Assembly (NCBI GenBank): GCA_913045195.1
Contig: CAJWQR010000002.1
Location: 13,209 to 77,208 of the forward strand
Reading direction: 5' to 3'
Source: an uncultured Legionellales bacterium
GTDB lineage: Bacteria; Pseudomonadota; Gammaproteobacteria; Eutrophobiales; Eutrophobiaceae
DNA: 64,000 nt
Positions within the stretch are counted from its first letter, which is position 1; each line of letters starts with the position of its first letter. This document shows, one piece after another, positions 29,171 to 39,326 of this stretch. Under the pieces are notes generated by a model, which ran no database searches, was not told where the DNA came from, and saw only the letters and a program-made list of their open reading frames with translations. A program made the position numbers and the translations under genes.

Positions 29171-29683
29171 ATGGCGGTCATTGACAGAGTATTAGTAGGT
29201 GAATCATTGGTGGGTGATGGGAATGAAGTTGCTCACGTTGATTTGATTATGGGCCCACGTGGCAGCGCAGCTGAATCAGCATTTTGCAATGCATTAACAA
29301 ATAATAAAGATGGTTTTACGTCTTTATTGGCAGTTGTCGCACCAAATCTAGCATGTAAACCAAACACAATACTTTTTAATAAAGTAACGATAAAAGGGTC
29401 TAAGCAGGCCGTTCAGATGTTTGGTCCAGCACAGCGTGCCGTATCTATGGCGGTTATGGATTGCGTAGAAGACGGTACAATTCCTGCGAATGAAGCTGAC
29501 GATATCTTTATTTCGGTTGGTGTTTTCATTCATTGGCTTGCTGAAGATGATGCCAAGATTCAGGATTACAATTATCAAGCAGTGAAGGAATCAATTCAAC
29601 GAGCCGTAGCTCGTGAACCAAAAGCTGCTGAAGTTGTTAGTCAGAAAGGTTCAGCATCACATCCATTTGCAGCACACGATTAA
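29171..29683 (+). CDS. fae: Formaldehyde-activating enzyme
   Basis: 170 aa from the RBS-supported ATG (AGGAGGagataaaATG). About 70% identical by eye to Methylobacterium Fae ([24 protein letters not shown]..., FGPAQ, VGVFIHW, PFAA). The ORF-track start at 29117 adds an unsupported 18-aa extension. Confidence 0.9.
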   Translation: MAVIDRVLVGESLVGDGNEVAHVDLIMGPRGSAAESAFCNALTNNKDGFTSLLAVVAPNLACKPNTILFNKVTIKGSKQAVQMFGPAQRAVSMAVMDCVEDGTIPANEADDIFISVGVFIHWLAEDDAKIQDYNYQAVKESIQRAVAREPKAAEVVSQKGSASHPFAAHD

Positions 29684-29732
29684 TTAAGAAAAGTGTCTGC
29701 TGAAGCTGAATCTTGATTCAGCAATAAACTAA

Positions 29733-29761
29733 ATGCCTCGGATCTCGGGGCATTTTTTTTA
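29733..29761 (+). terminator. Rho-independent terminator after fae (shared with convergent HisA-like gene)
   Basis: ATGCCTCGG-ATC-TCGGGGCAT stem-loop followed by TTTTTTTT. Confidence 0.65.
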
Positions 29762-30463
29762 TCTGTTAAAAAATAAATTTAATTCTTTTTTAGTAATTTT
29801 TTGTTGATGTAGAGCGGTTGCTATTAAACATCCTTTAATATTTTTCGAATTTAGAATTTTAATGTCATTGGAATTTTTTATGCCTCCTGCAACATAAATT
29901 TCAGAATTTTTATTAAGAGCTACAATATTTTCAAGATGTTTTGTATCGACACCATCATTTGAGCCAACTCTATGCAGCATCATCACGATCACTTTTTTTG
30001 GCCAAATAGATGAGTTATTAAGTAGATAAGAGTTATTAATTAATCCATTTTCATTAAAATCTAGTGATAATAATATGCTTGGGTTACTCTTTATTGTTTC
30101 TTCATAGTCATGTAACGCAATATTATTTTCGGAGCCTAAAATATATTTTATGTTTTTACTCATGTCATCTAATTTTCTGGTTAATATTTGCTGGATTCCA
30201 GCGTCTACCCAGAATTCACATTCTTTATATTTTGTGGCGAATTTATTTATTAATTTTGATTGATTTCCATTTCCTTGAATGGCATCGAGATCAGCAATAT
30301 AAATAATTTTAAAAGGATATAATTTAAAAAAAGCAGACAAGATTGTTTCTGGTTTACAATTACTTGATATTGCAGATGTAATTGGCTGATATGATTTACG
30401 TTTACCGCGAATAGCGCGAACAACTATACCTTGACTAAGATCTATTACAGGAATTATTAACAT
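29759..30463 (-). CDS. HisA/HisF-family TIM-barrel protein (H4MPT/methylofuran-cluster associated)
   Basis: 234 aa. N-terminal IIPVIDL..G.VVRA..G and C-terminal VAGGI...D phosphate-binding motifs of the HisA/HisF family. Confidence 0.55.
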   Translation of the reverse strand: MLIIPVIDLSQGIVVRAIRGKRKSYQPITSAISSNCKPETILSAFFKLYPFKIIYIADLDAIQGNGNQSKLINKFATKYKECEFWVDAGIQQILTRKLDDMSKNIKYILGSENNIALHDYEETIKSNPSILLSLDFNENGLINNSYLLNNSSIWPKKVIVMMLHRVGSNDGVDTKHLENIVALNKNSEIYVAGGIKNSNDIKILNSKNIKGCLIATALHQQKITKKELNLFFNR

Positions 30464-30470
30464 TTAATCT

Positions 30471-31448
30471 ATGAATCATTTTTTATTTGAGTTTATCACA
30501 GGGGGCGGGTTAATCAGAGAAACTTTACCCGATTCCTTAGCACGAGAAGCAAGAACTATGGTTCAAACGTTAATAAAAGAACTTATCGCGTGTGGCCATC
30601 ATAAAATTACTATTACAAGAGATAGTAGAGTTGATTTATTTGGCTCTGATGTTGTACAACATATTATCAACACTCCATGTAAAAAAGTTCTTCCAAAACT
30701 TATCCGAAAAGCTGATGTATGCTGGCTGATTGCTCCTGAAACAGAGAATTGTCTTTATAATTTAACAGATTTATTTATGCAAAATGCCAGTATATTTATT
30801 GGATCTGATTTAAATGCAGTACATGCTACATCAAGAAAATTAATAACGTTTGATATTTTAGAAAATGCAAATATTTGTACGCCTGAAACAAAATTACTCA
30901 AAGATGTAATTCCTGATAGTAAATCTGGGTGGATAATAAAACCGGATGATGGTGTAGGCGCAGAAAATTGTATTTACGTTTCTGACAGATTTGCGTTACG
31001 AGAGAATATGGAAATAAAAGAAAATGATAATTATATAATTCAGCCTTTTATTGAAGGAGAACATATGAGTATGTCTTTATTTGTATATAATAAAAATATA
31101 CAGCTTCTTTCATGTAATAAACAAGAAATAACATTAAAGAACAATTTAATCAGTTTAACAGGTATTGGTGTCAATGAATTTTTATTGCATAAGGATCAAA
31201 TGAGAGAATTAGCTGAAAGCATCGTATCAGCAATACCTGGTTTTTCCGGTTATATAGGCATTGATTTGATTAGATCTAATAATAAATTTTTTGTAATAGA
31301 TATAAATCCTAGGTTTACAACATCTTATGCAGGAATTTCTGAGTCATTAGGAATCAATATAACCGAAAAGATATTGGATACATTTTTAAGGAAAGAAATA
31401 CAAGATATTAATTTAAAAAAGGCAGTACCAATAAAATTAAAATTTTAA
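30471..31448 (+). CDS. ATP-grasp ligase, candidate tyramine-glutamate ligase (MfnD-like)
   Basis: 325 aa. N-terminal FLFEFITGGG and an ATP-grasp core (IIKPDDGVGAENC...). Lies in the cofactor-biosynthesis block. Confidence 0.5.
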   Translation: MNHFLFEFITGGGLIRETLPDSLAREARTMVQTLIKELIACGHHKITITRDSRVDLFGSDVVQHIINTPCKKVLPKLIRKADVCWLIAPETENCLYNLTDLFMQNASIFIGSDLNAVHATSRKLITFDILENANICTPETKLLKDVIPDSKSGWIIKPDDGVGAENCIYVSDRFALRENMEIKENDNYIIQPFIEGEHMSMSLFVYNKNIQLLSCNKQEITLKNNLISLTGIGVNEFLLHKDQMRELAESIVSAIPGFSGYIGIDLIRSNNKFFVIDINPRFTTSYAGISESLGINITEKILDTFLRKEIQDINLKKAVPIKLKF

Positions 31449-31455
31449 TAGAAAA

Positions 31456-32505
31456 ATGAATATATCTAATTTCATAGGATGGGATATTGGCGGAGCACAT
31501 CTTAAATTTGCCAATATAAATAATAATGGGAAAATTTTATCGGTTGGCCAATGGGCAACTCCACTTTGGAAGGGATTATCAATACTTGAAAATGCACTTA
31601 TAAATGCCATGAGAAGAATTTCAATGAAAAAGCAATCTCACGCATTAACGATGACTGCTGAATTAATTGATATTTTTAAAGATAGAGAAGAGGGTGTTAA
31701 TTCAATAATTGGCTTATGCCATGATATTTTAGGAAACAATATCTCATTCTATACAATGGATCATGGGCTAAAAAAAATAAATATTAAGGAATTGGATTTC
31801 AGTCAAATTGCTTCTGCAAATTGGCATGCAACAAGTACATACACAGCATCATTGGTTAAATCTGGATTATTTATCGATGTGGGTAGTACTACAACAGATA
31901 TTATTCCATTTTATGATCATAAAATTCACGCGCGTGGTATTAATGATCAAACTAGATTACGTTTTGATGAATTAGTTTATACAGGCGTTATTAGAACGCC
32001 AATTATGGCATTAACGTCGAAAGCAATTTTCAATGATCAACTACAAAATATCGTTGCTGAAAATTTTGCAACTACTGCGGATATTTATCGTATTCTCGGT
32101 TATTTAAAAGACTCAAATGATTTGATGGAAACTCCAGATGGCGAAGATAAGAGTATATCAAGTAGTATCCGCCGTCTTGCTAGAATGTTAGGCGCTGATT
32201 CAAACACTGACAACAAAAAAAATAATTGGCATGAACTTGCCAAATATTTTCATGAAGCACAAATAGGAATACTGACAAATGCTACTAAAAGAGTGCTATC
32301 AACATTGCCAAATAGTAATAATAATGTACTAATTGGTGCGGGTGTGGGACGATTTTTAGTTGAAATAATTGCGCGAAGAATGAATATTGCCTATACCGAA
32401 TTTAGTGAATTATTTGAATGTGACAATATATCTCAAAATGGTAGTAATGTCTGCGCACCGGCAATTGCAATTGCACAATTAAATCGTCTTTCAAAAATCA
32501 AATGA
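31456..32505 (+). CDS. H4MPT-linked C1-transfer-pathway protein (hydantoinase/ASKHA-like fold)
   Basis: 349 aa. N-terminal GWDIGGAHLKFA and a later DVGSTTTD (ASKHA-like phosphate loops). This family is conserved in H4MPT clusters. Confidence 0.5.
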   Translation: MNISNFIGWDIGGAHLKFANINNNGKILSVGQWATPLWKGLSILENALINAMRRISMKKQSHALTMTAELIDIFKDREEGVNSIIGLCHDILGNNISFYTMDHGLKKINIKELDFSQIASANWHATSTYTASLVKSGLFIDVGSTTTDIIPFYDHKIHARGINDQTRLRFDELVYTGVIRTPIMALTSKAIFNDQLQNIVAENFATTADIYRILGYLKDSNDLMETPDGEDKSISSSIRRLARMLGADSNTDNKKNNWHELAKYFHEAQIGILTNATKRVLSTLPNSNNNVLIGAGVGRFLVEIIARRMNIAYTEFSELFECDNISQNGSNVCAPAIAIAQLNRLSKIK

Positions 32506-33866
32506 AAATATCAAAACTACCATATAATCGCGATTCAGAAAAATTATTTTCTTTTGTAGTTAACGAGCCTTGGAGTATTTTTCTTGATAGCGGATATCCT
32601 AGGATTGATACGGGGCGTTACGATATTATTACTGCAAAACCATCGGTAACGTTAGAGACATATGGTAAAAAAACCTATATTACATCTACCAATGGAAAAA
32701 TTATTTCAGAAGATGATCCATTTTACTTGGTAAGAGAATATCTGGGAAAAAAGATATCTAATTTAAGTGGATTACCATTTTGTGGCGGCGCGCTAGGTTA
32801 TTTTTCATATGACCTAAGTCGAAGATTAGAAAATATAGTTGATAGCACAAAACAAACAATTGGTATGCCTGACATGGCAATTGGCATATATGATTGGGCA
32901 GTAATAATTGATCATCATATACAAAAAACATGGTTAGTTAGTTTCAATCGGTTTGATACAACAAAAATAATATGGCAAGAATTACATGACTTATTTTTAG
33001 GTGTTCCAATAAATAATGATAAAATTTTTAAAATCAAGTCAAAATTAAAATCAAATCTATCAAAAGACGAATATGCAAAAGCATTTAATCGTATAAAAAA
33101 CTACATTCATGATGGCGACTGCTACCAAGTTAATTTTGCACAACACTTTTCTGCAGAATTTGAAGGCGACACATGGTCTGTATATAAAAAATTAAGAGAA
33201 TTTAACCCGGCCCCTTTTTCTGCCTATATTAATCTTCCAACTGGCGCAATATTAAGCTCATCACCAGAACGTTTCTTATGTCTAACAGGAAATCAAGTTG
33301 AAACAAAACCCATAAAAGGAACTAAACATCGTTCTGTGTTTGCCTACGAAGACAAGGAGCTTGCAGTTTCATTACTTGAAAGCGAAAAAGATCGTGCTGA
33401 AAATTTGATGATTGTGGATTTATTAAGAAATGATATCAGTAAATCATGTGAATCAGGCTCTGTTAATGTTCCAAAATTATTTGCATTGGAGACTTATTCA
33501 ACCGTACACCACTTAGTAAGCACAATTTCCGGTACATTAGCTAAAAATAAAGATGGCATTGATCTGATCCGAGAATGTTTCCCTGGGGGATCTATAACAG
33601 GAGCCCCAAAATTAAGATCTATGGAGATTATAGAGGAATTAGAGCCTGATAGGCGTTCCATATATTGCGGTTCCATAGCCTATATTGGATTTGATGGAAA
33701 TATGGATAGTAGTATATGTATAAGAACATTAATTTATTCCAAGAATAAAATTCACTTTTTTGTAGGAGGTGGAATTGTATGGGATTCAACCGTAGATGCT
33801 GAGTATAAGGAATGCTTTGACAAAGCCTCAGCAATGTTAAAGATATTTGAACGAAAGAGCAGTTAA
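32502..33866 (+). CDS. Chorismate-utilising enzyme, aminodeoxychorismate synthase component I-like (PabB family)
   Basis: 454 aa. Motifs SPERF, NLMIVDLLRND, PGGSITGAPK and GG(I/V)VWDS of the anthranilate / pABA synthase component I family. pABA is the precursor of the methanopterin arylamine moiety. Confidence 0.75.
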   Translation: MKISKLPYNRDSEKLFSFVVNEPWSIFLDSGYPRIDTGRYDIITAKPSVTLETYGKKTYITSTNGKIISEDDPFYLVREYLGKKISNLSGLPFCGGALGYFSYDLSRRLENIVDSTKQTIGMPDMAIGIYDWAVIIDHHIQKTWLVSFNRFDTTKIIWQELHDLFLGVPINNDKIFKIKSKLKSNLSKDEYAKAFNRIKNYIHDGDCYQVNFAQHFSAEFEGDTWSVYKKLREFNPAPFSAYINLPTGAILSSSPERFLCLTGNQVETKPIKGTKHRSVFAYEDKELAVSLLESEKDRAENLMIVDLLRNDISKSCESGSVNVPKLFALETYSTVHHLVSTISGTLAKNKDGIDLIRECFPGGSITGAPKLRSMEIIEELEPDRRSIYCGSIAYIGFDGNMDSSICIRTLIYSKNKIHFFVGGGIVWDSTVDAEYKECFDKASAMLKIFERKSS

Positions 33867-34448
33867 TTGCCTGTAATTGTATTAAAGCTTGGCGGAAGCC
33901 TTATGCAGAGCGAAGAGTTATTTTTTTGGCTTGATAATATTTTTTCTCGCCCCAAAGAAAGTATTTGTATTGTTGTTCCAGGTGGCGGCAAATTTGCAGA
34001 GCATATTCGAGTAAGTCAGAAGCATTTTAATTTTAGTGATGAAGTTGCCCATAAAATGGCGTTATTGGCAATGTCACAATATGGGTATTTTTTAACAGGG
34101 ATTAATAAGAATATAAATATTATTAAAAATATAAAAAAAATATATGAAAATAAAAATAAAAACTCATTTTTATGGTTACCAGATAATTCGTTAGAAAATA
34201 ATATTGAACTGCCACAAACCTGGGATTTTACATCTGATAGTATTGCCCTGTGGCTGGCTACATTCTTGCAAGCAGATAAACTAATCATGGTTAAGTCAAA
34301 AAAGATTATTTTTAATCGATCTAATATAGACGATCATATTAATAAAAATGATATAGATAAAGGGTTTAAAGAATTAATTGATATGTATAAAGGGGAATTA
34401 ATTTTCCTAGAGAAGAAACAGTATAATAAATTAAAAGAAATAATGTAA
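33867..34448 (+). CDS. Amino-acid-kinase-family protein (MfnE-like small kinase); low-complexity Asn/Lys-rich insertion
   Basis: 193 aa. N-terminal VLKLGGSL...VVPGGG is the aspartate/glutamate/uridylate kinase family P-loop region. Confidence 0.55.
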   Translation: MPVIVLKLGGSLMQSEELFFWLDNIFSRPKESICIVVPGGGKFAEHIRVSQKHFNFSDEVAHKMALLAMSQYGYFLTGINKNINIIKNIKKIYENKNKNSFLWLPDNSLENNIELPQTWDFTSDSIALWLATFLQADKLIMVKSKKIIFNRSNIDDHINKNDIDKGFKELIDMYKGELIFLEKKQYNKLKEIM

Positions 34449-34551
34449 ACCCGGATCAAATGATATCGATGTATAAGGCAATCGAGGTAATGGTCTTAAT
34501 TTTCTTTAGAATAAAAACAAATTAGATCAGGTAATAAACTAGGTAGTCTCT

Positions 34552-34596
34552 AAAAAAAATAAAAACTGATCCAGACTCTTTTTTAGAGTCTGGATC
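34552..34596 (-). terminator. Rho-independent terminator for nrdAB (12-bp perfect stem GATCCAGACTCT / AGAGTCTGGATC, U-run on minus strand)
   Basis: Perfect inverted repeat 34568-34579 / 34585-34596 with an A-run 34552-34567 on the plus strand, which is a U-run for minus-strand transcripts. Confidence 0.6.
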
Positions 34597-34694
34597 TTTC
34601 AGAATAAGAAGGCCTGGTATCCGGAAGAGGCTGGAGATACCAGGCAATAGTCGAGCGTCCAGCTCGACTTCCGCTTACGCGGTCACTAAAATCT

Positions 34695-35876
34695 TTAATC
34701 CCAATTTAGCGCGCCTCCTGCTTGATACTCAGTCACGCGCGTCTCGAAGAAGTTCTTCTCTTTTCTTAAGTTAGCTTGCTCATCTAACCAGGGCAAAGTT
34801 AATTCAGCACCAGGAAATGGTTCTTCATCTAAACCAAGTTGTGCTGCACGCCTATTAGCAATAAATTGAAATTGACCTAAGTGCATTTCTGCAGAGTAAC
34901 CAAGTATAGGATCGCGTAATATATAATTTGCATATGTTTTTTCAGCCTCATACGCCTCATCCCACATATTACGAATATCTTTTTTATTTATTTTTAAATT
35001 CTCTTCTTGAATAATTTGTTTTACGACGCGTATACCAAAGGCTGCATGCATTACTTCATCTCGCATAATGTATTGAAATTGCTCAGCAGTTCCTTTCATA
35101 AGCCCTCTGCGTTGCAATGCAAATACAGGACTGAAGCCATTGTAGAACCAACATCCTTCAAATATTGCAGCAAAAAAGATATAAGAAATGACAAAATTAT
35201 GAAGTACATCAGGATCTTTTAAGTCAATATCTGAGCGTAAGATAGAGTCTAAACGTTGATTAGCCATAGCTATTTTTTGGTTAATTTCTGGTACTACACG
35301 ATAACGATTATAAATTTCACTTTGGTTGAGTCCTAAGGTTTCAATACAATGTTGATAAGTCCAGGTATGTAATGATTCTTCGTAAACTTGGCGTGCTTGA
35401 TAAATTTGTAATTCTGGCGCGCTCATTTTTTCCATTACAGCAAGTCCTATATTACGCATAGCCAAAATATCTGAAGTTGTTAAATAGGATAGTACATTCT
35501 CATAAACATGCTTTTCTTCTAATGTAAGTTTATGTCGATAGTCCGTTACATCTTGAGCCATATTGATATCTAAAGGCGTCCAGTGATTTTTATTTGCATT
35601 AAGAAAGAAAGCCCATGCCCACGGGTATTTAAAAGGCGCAAGTTGGTTGATATCAGTTTGTCCATTTACAACACGTTTATCATCCGGATTAACTGGGGTG
35701 AATTTATCTGAAACTACTTTTAATTTTGTAGCAGATGATTCGCCATGATGAGTGTCTGTTATTGTTTCATTATTATTTTTTAATGATGTTTCTTTTAAGG
35801 ACTGACTAACAACAGTAAGTTCCATATCATCTCTATTGTTATTTTGATTTTCTAGCGGGTTGTCCCAGTTTAACAT
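34695..35876 (-). CDS. nrdB: Ribonucleotide reductase class Ia beta subunit (with about 80-aa N-terminal extension)
   Basis: 393 aa with the ferritin-like di-iron ligands and radical Tyr region (EE..H pattern, FFAAIFEGCWFYNGF). Confidence 0.9.
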   Translation of the reverse strand: MLNWDNPLENQNNNRDDMELTVVSQSLKETSLKNNNETITDTHHGESSATKLKVVSDKFTPVNPDDKRVVNGQTDINQLAPFKYPWAWAFFLNANKNHWTPLDINMAQDVTDYRHKLTLEEKHVYENVLSYLTTSDILAMRNIGLAVMEKMSAPELQIYQARQVYEESLHTWTYQHCIETLGLNQSEIYNRYRVVPEINQKIAMANQRLDSILRSDIDLKDPDVLHNFVISYIFFAAIFEGCWFYNGFSPVFALQRRGLMKGTAEQFQYIMRDEVMHAAFGIRVVKQIIQEENLKINKKDIRNMWDEAYEAEKTYANYILRDPILGYSAEMHLGQFQFIANRRAAQLGLDEEPFPGAELTLPWLDEQANLRKEKNFFETRVTEYQAGGALNWD

Positions 35877-35911
35877 TATGGTTATTACCTCACTTAAAAT
35901 TTATATGTAAT

Positions 35912-38845
35912 TTACTGACATGCTTCACAGTCAGGATCGATAATTGAGCAAGCTTTTTGCCCATTTTCAAACTCATTATTTATTTCTTCTTTAGTATTAT
36001 TTGCGTTTTTTTCCATATGTGTTGCGCCCAATGAGCGTAAGTAATAAGTTGTTTTCAAACCGCGGACCCAGGCAAGCTTGTAAAGGTTGTCTAATTTTTT
36101 ACCGCTAGGCTCAGCCATATAAAGATTTAATGATTGCCCCTGATCGATCCATTTTTGTCTTCGAGCTGCGGATTCAACCAACCATCGCGGATCGATTTCA
36201 AATGCTGTGGCATATATTTCTTTTAATTCATCAGGTATCCGATCAATTTCTTGGACACTGCCATCGAAGTACTTGAGATCATTAACCATGACCTCATCCC
36301 AAACTCCTCGCTCTTTAAGATCTCTTACAAGATAGGGGTTAACAACCGTAAATTCTCCGGAAAGATTAGATTTTACGAATAGGTTTTGGTATGTAGGTTC
36401 TATTGATTGGCTAACACCACAGATATTTGAGATTGTTGCTGTTGGCGCAATTGCCATACAGTTTGAATTACGCATACCTGTTTTGATTACACGATCTCGT
36501 AAGTCATCCCAATCCATCGTAGTGTCGTAATTAACTTGCAGGTAATCTCCACGCTCATCCCCTAATATACGTAATGAATCGATTGGCAGAATTCCCTGAC
36601 TCCATAACGAGCCATTATATGTTGAGTAGACACCTCTTTCTTCGGCTAAGTTAGTTGATGCTTTAATAGCAAAATAACTTATTGTCTCCATGCTCGTGTC
36701 TGCAAAGCTAACCGCTTCCAGAGAAGTATAGGGCAAGCGTAATTTATATAAACTATCCTGAAAACCCATAACACCAAGCCCAACAGGTCTATGCCGTAGA
36801 TTAGAGCGTCTTGCTTTAGCAACACTATAATAATTGTAGTCAATTACGTTATCTAACATTCGCATTGCAGTGTTGATCGTTTTTTCTAGTTTTTCTAAAT
36901 TTAAACCTTCATTATTTAGATGCTTAGGAAGATTAATCGATCCTAAATTACAAACAGCAATTTCATCTTCCGACGTATTTAACGTTATTTCGGTACAAAG
37001 ATTTGATGAGTGAACTACACCAGCATGTGATTGAGGGGAACGAATATTACAAGGGTCCTTAAATGTTATCCATGGGTGGCCTGTCTCAAATAACATCGAT
37101 AGCATTTTACGCCATAACTCAACAGCCTGAATAATTTTGAAATTTTTAATACTACCATCAGTAGTTTTGTGCTCATATTCAGAATAACGTTGTTCAAATT
37201 TATCGCCGTAAAGATCATGGAGATCACTAGTTTCGTGGGGCGAGAATAATGTCCATTGACCATCCTCAGCAACACGTTTCATGAAAAGATCTGGTATCCA
37301 ATTAGCAGTATTCATGTCGTGGGTACGTCGTCGTTCATCACCAGTGTTCTTTCGTAAATCTAGAAATTCTTCAATATCTAGGTGCCAAGTTTCAAGGTAA
37401 GCGCACATTGCGCCTTTACGTTTTCCGCCTTGATTCACAGCCACGGCAGTATCATTTGCTACTTTAAGAAAAGGGACAACACCTTGAGATTTCCCGTTAG
37501 TGCCTTTTATATGAGTTCCTAAAGCACGAACTGGTGTCCAGTCATTACCTAATCCTCCAGCAAATTTAGATAACAAAGCATCATCTTTGATAGCTGAAAA
37601 AATACCATCAAGATCATCTGGGACGGTTGTTAGGTAGCAGCTTGATAATTGTGGACGACGAGTGCCAGAATTAAATAATGTAGGAGTTGAGCTCATGAAA
37701 TTAAATGATGAAAGTAATTCATAGAATTCTATAGCGCGTCGATTGCGATCTAACTCATTGATAGCTAAACCCATAGCAACACGCATAAAAAAAGCCTGCG
37801 GTAACTCAAAACGAATATCCGTCGAATGAATAAAGTAACGGTCATAAAGTGTCTGTAAACCAAGATAGGTAAATTGTCGATCCCCATCGGGATTTAGTGC
37901 TTTACTTAGACGATTTAAATCATATTTTGTTAACTCTCGATCGAGTAGTTCTAATTCTGCGCCGCGCTCAATATATTTTTGAAAATAATCTTGGTAACGC
38001 TCTTTCATTTCCTTTTGAGTTGCTTGTGTTTTCTCACCCTCAATAAAAGTCAAGGCTTCTTGACGTAATTGATCCATTAACAAACCCGCTGCCACATAAC
38101 TATAGTCCGGATCTTGCTCGATCAATGTTCTGGCGCTCATCACTAATGCTTTCGCAACATCTATTTCATCAATACCATCAAATAGGTTATTTTGTATTTC
38201 TTTAATAACAGCTTTTGTTTCAACCCCAGGAAAACCTTCGCAGGCTTCTGTAACTATTAAATTTAAACGCGCCATGTCTAATGGTCTTTTCGCGCCATCT
38301 ACTCGAGTCACACTTAAGTTAAGGGGGTCAGTTTTCTCCTGATTCTCTAAATTTATTTTTGTATCAGCAGCACGTTCCCGTGATCTTTCTTCACGATATA
38401 GCACATATGCTCTAGCTACTTTCTGCTCACCATTACGCATCAAGGCGAGTTCAACCTGATCTTGGATGTCTTCGATGTGCAAAGTCCCGCCATCTGGCAT
38501 GCGACGTGTAAATGCATTTAAAACAAGTTCGGTAAGTGATTCAACAGCCTGGTGTATACGGGTAGAGGCAGCTGCAGTGCCGCCTTCAACGCTAATAAAA
38601 GCTTTGGTTAGGGCAATTGAGATTTTACTGGTGTCAAACGCTGTGACCTTCCCGTTACGGCGAATGATTTGGTAGTTGTTGAGCTGACTTGATAAAAATT
38701 CTTTTTGAACGTGATCAGCTGCAGTTTTTGCAAAAATTTCTTCTTGGGAAACTAGGTCTTCTTTACTGTCATTTTTGATCGCATCTTCTAATTCACTGAT
38801 TGCAGACTCAATATCCGTTGTTGCTTCAGTTGTTTCTGCTCCCAT
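35912..38845 (-). CDS. nrdA: Ribonucleotide reductase class Ia alpha subunit (duplicated N-terminal ATP-cone)
   Basis: 977 aa with N-terminal ATP-cone repeats, the active-site Cys/Asn/Glu region (SNLCTEI) and a C-terminal CxxC redox tail (CEAC). Confidence 0.9.
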   Translation of the reverse strand: MGAETTEATTDIESAISELEDAIKNDSKEDLVSQEEIFAKTAADHVQKEFLSSQLNNYQIIRRNGKVTAFDTSKISIALTKAFISVEGGTAAASTRIHQAVESLTELVLNAFTRRMPDGGTLHIEDIQDQVELALMRNGEQKVARAYVLYREERSRERAADTKINLENQEKTDPLNLSVTRVDGAKRPLDMARLNLIVTEACEGFPGVETKAVIKEIQNNLFDGIDEIDVAKALVMSARTLIEQDPDYSYVAAGLLMDQLRQEALTFIEGEKTQATQKEMKERYQDYFQKYIERGAELELLDRELTKYDLNRLSKALNPDGDRQFTYLGLQTLYDRYFIHSTDIRFELPQAFFMRVAMGLAINELDRNRRAIEFYELLSSFNFMSSTPTLFNSGTRRPQLSSCYLTTVPDDLDGIFSAIKDDALLSKFAGGLGNDWTPVRALGTHIKGTNGKSQGVVPFLKVANDTAVAVNQGGKRKGAMCAYLETWHLDIEEFLDLRKNTGDERRRTHDMNTANWIPDLFMKRVAEDGQWTLFSPHETSDLHDLYGDKFEQRYSEYEHKTTDGSIKNFKIIQAVELWRKMLSMLFETGHPWITFKDPCNIRSPQSHAGVVHSSNLCTEITLNTSEDEIAVCNLGSINLPKHLNNEGLNLEKLEKTINTAMRMLDNVIDYNYYSVAKARRSNLRHRPVGLGVMGFQDSLYKLRLPYTSLEAVSFADTSMETISYFAIKASTNLAEERGVYSTYNGSLWSQGILPIDSLRILGDERGDYLQVNYDTTMDWDDLRDRVIKTGMRNSNCMAIAPTATISNICGVSQSIEPTYQNLFVKSNLSGEFTVVNPYLVRDLKERGVWDEVMVNDLKYFDGSVQEIDRIPDELKEIYATAFEIDPRWLVESAARRQKWIDQGQSLNLYMAEPSGKKLDNLYKLAWVRGLKTTYYLRSLGATHMEKNANNTKEEINNEFENGQKACSIIDPDCEACQ

Positions 38846-38991
38846 TTATTTTCCTCTAAATTATTGTTTTTATTATGAATAATTATTAGCTTTCAATAAC
38901 TATTTCTTCTAGAGCTATCTTCAAGTATTACAAATCCGTGAAAATAGCTCGAAATTTGTTTAAATTTTTCTCGTAAACGAATGTATAACAC

Positions 38992-39039
38992 CACAATAAG
39001 ATGTGGTCAAGCGCTAATTAAACCACAATATCTTGTGGA
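38992..39039. promoter_or_regulatory. Tandem NrdR boxes upstream of nrdA
   Basis: CCACAATAAGATGTGG (38992-39007) and CCACAATATCTTGTGG (39024-39039) are two 16-bp imperfect palindromes. Their centres are 32 bp (3 helical turns) apart, about 150-190 bp upstream of the nrdA start. Confidence 0.55.
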
Positions 39040-39326
39040 ATGTGCTGTGATTTTATTTTGGATATCTTGTGGATAAGATGTGAGAAATTTAAAAATTGAT
39101 TAGAATTATAAATAATATTTTTTATATTCAATGCCTTAGAGAGTAATAGTTCTTTCACGGATATTTGATTTTTAAGCTAATCGTCGAATATGCTATATAT
39201 TTGATTTTACTATAATTTGTGAGATATATTTTCATTGTATTTTTGTGAGTTTGGTTGATAGCTAATGTATAATCGGCAGCCCACATTAGATGTAAATCAA
39301 TAATTTTGGAGTTTTTGTGATCTCTT

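Noticed and set aside
34110-34180. Asn/Lys-rich low-complexity stretch (NKNINIIKNIKKIYENKNKNS) as a possible repeat or insertion element
   Set aside because: It is in frame within the amino-acid-kinase-like gene and consistent with AT-biased low-complexity drift. There are no direct or inverted repeat termini.
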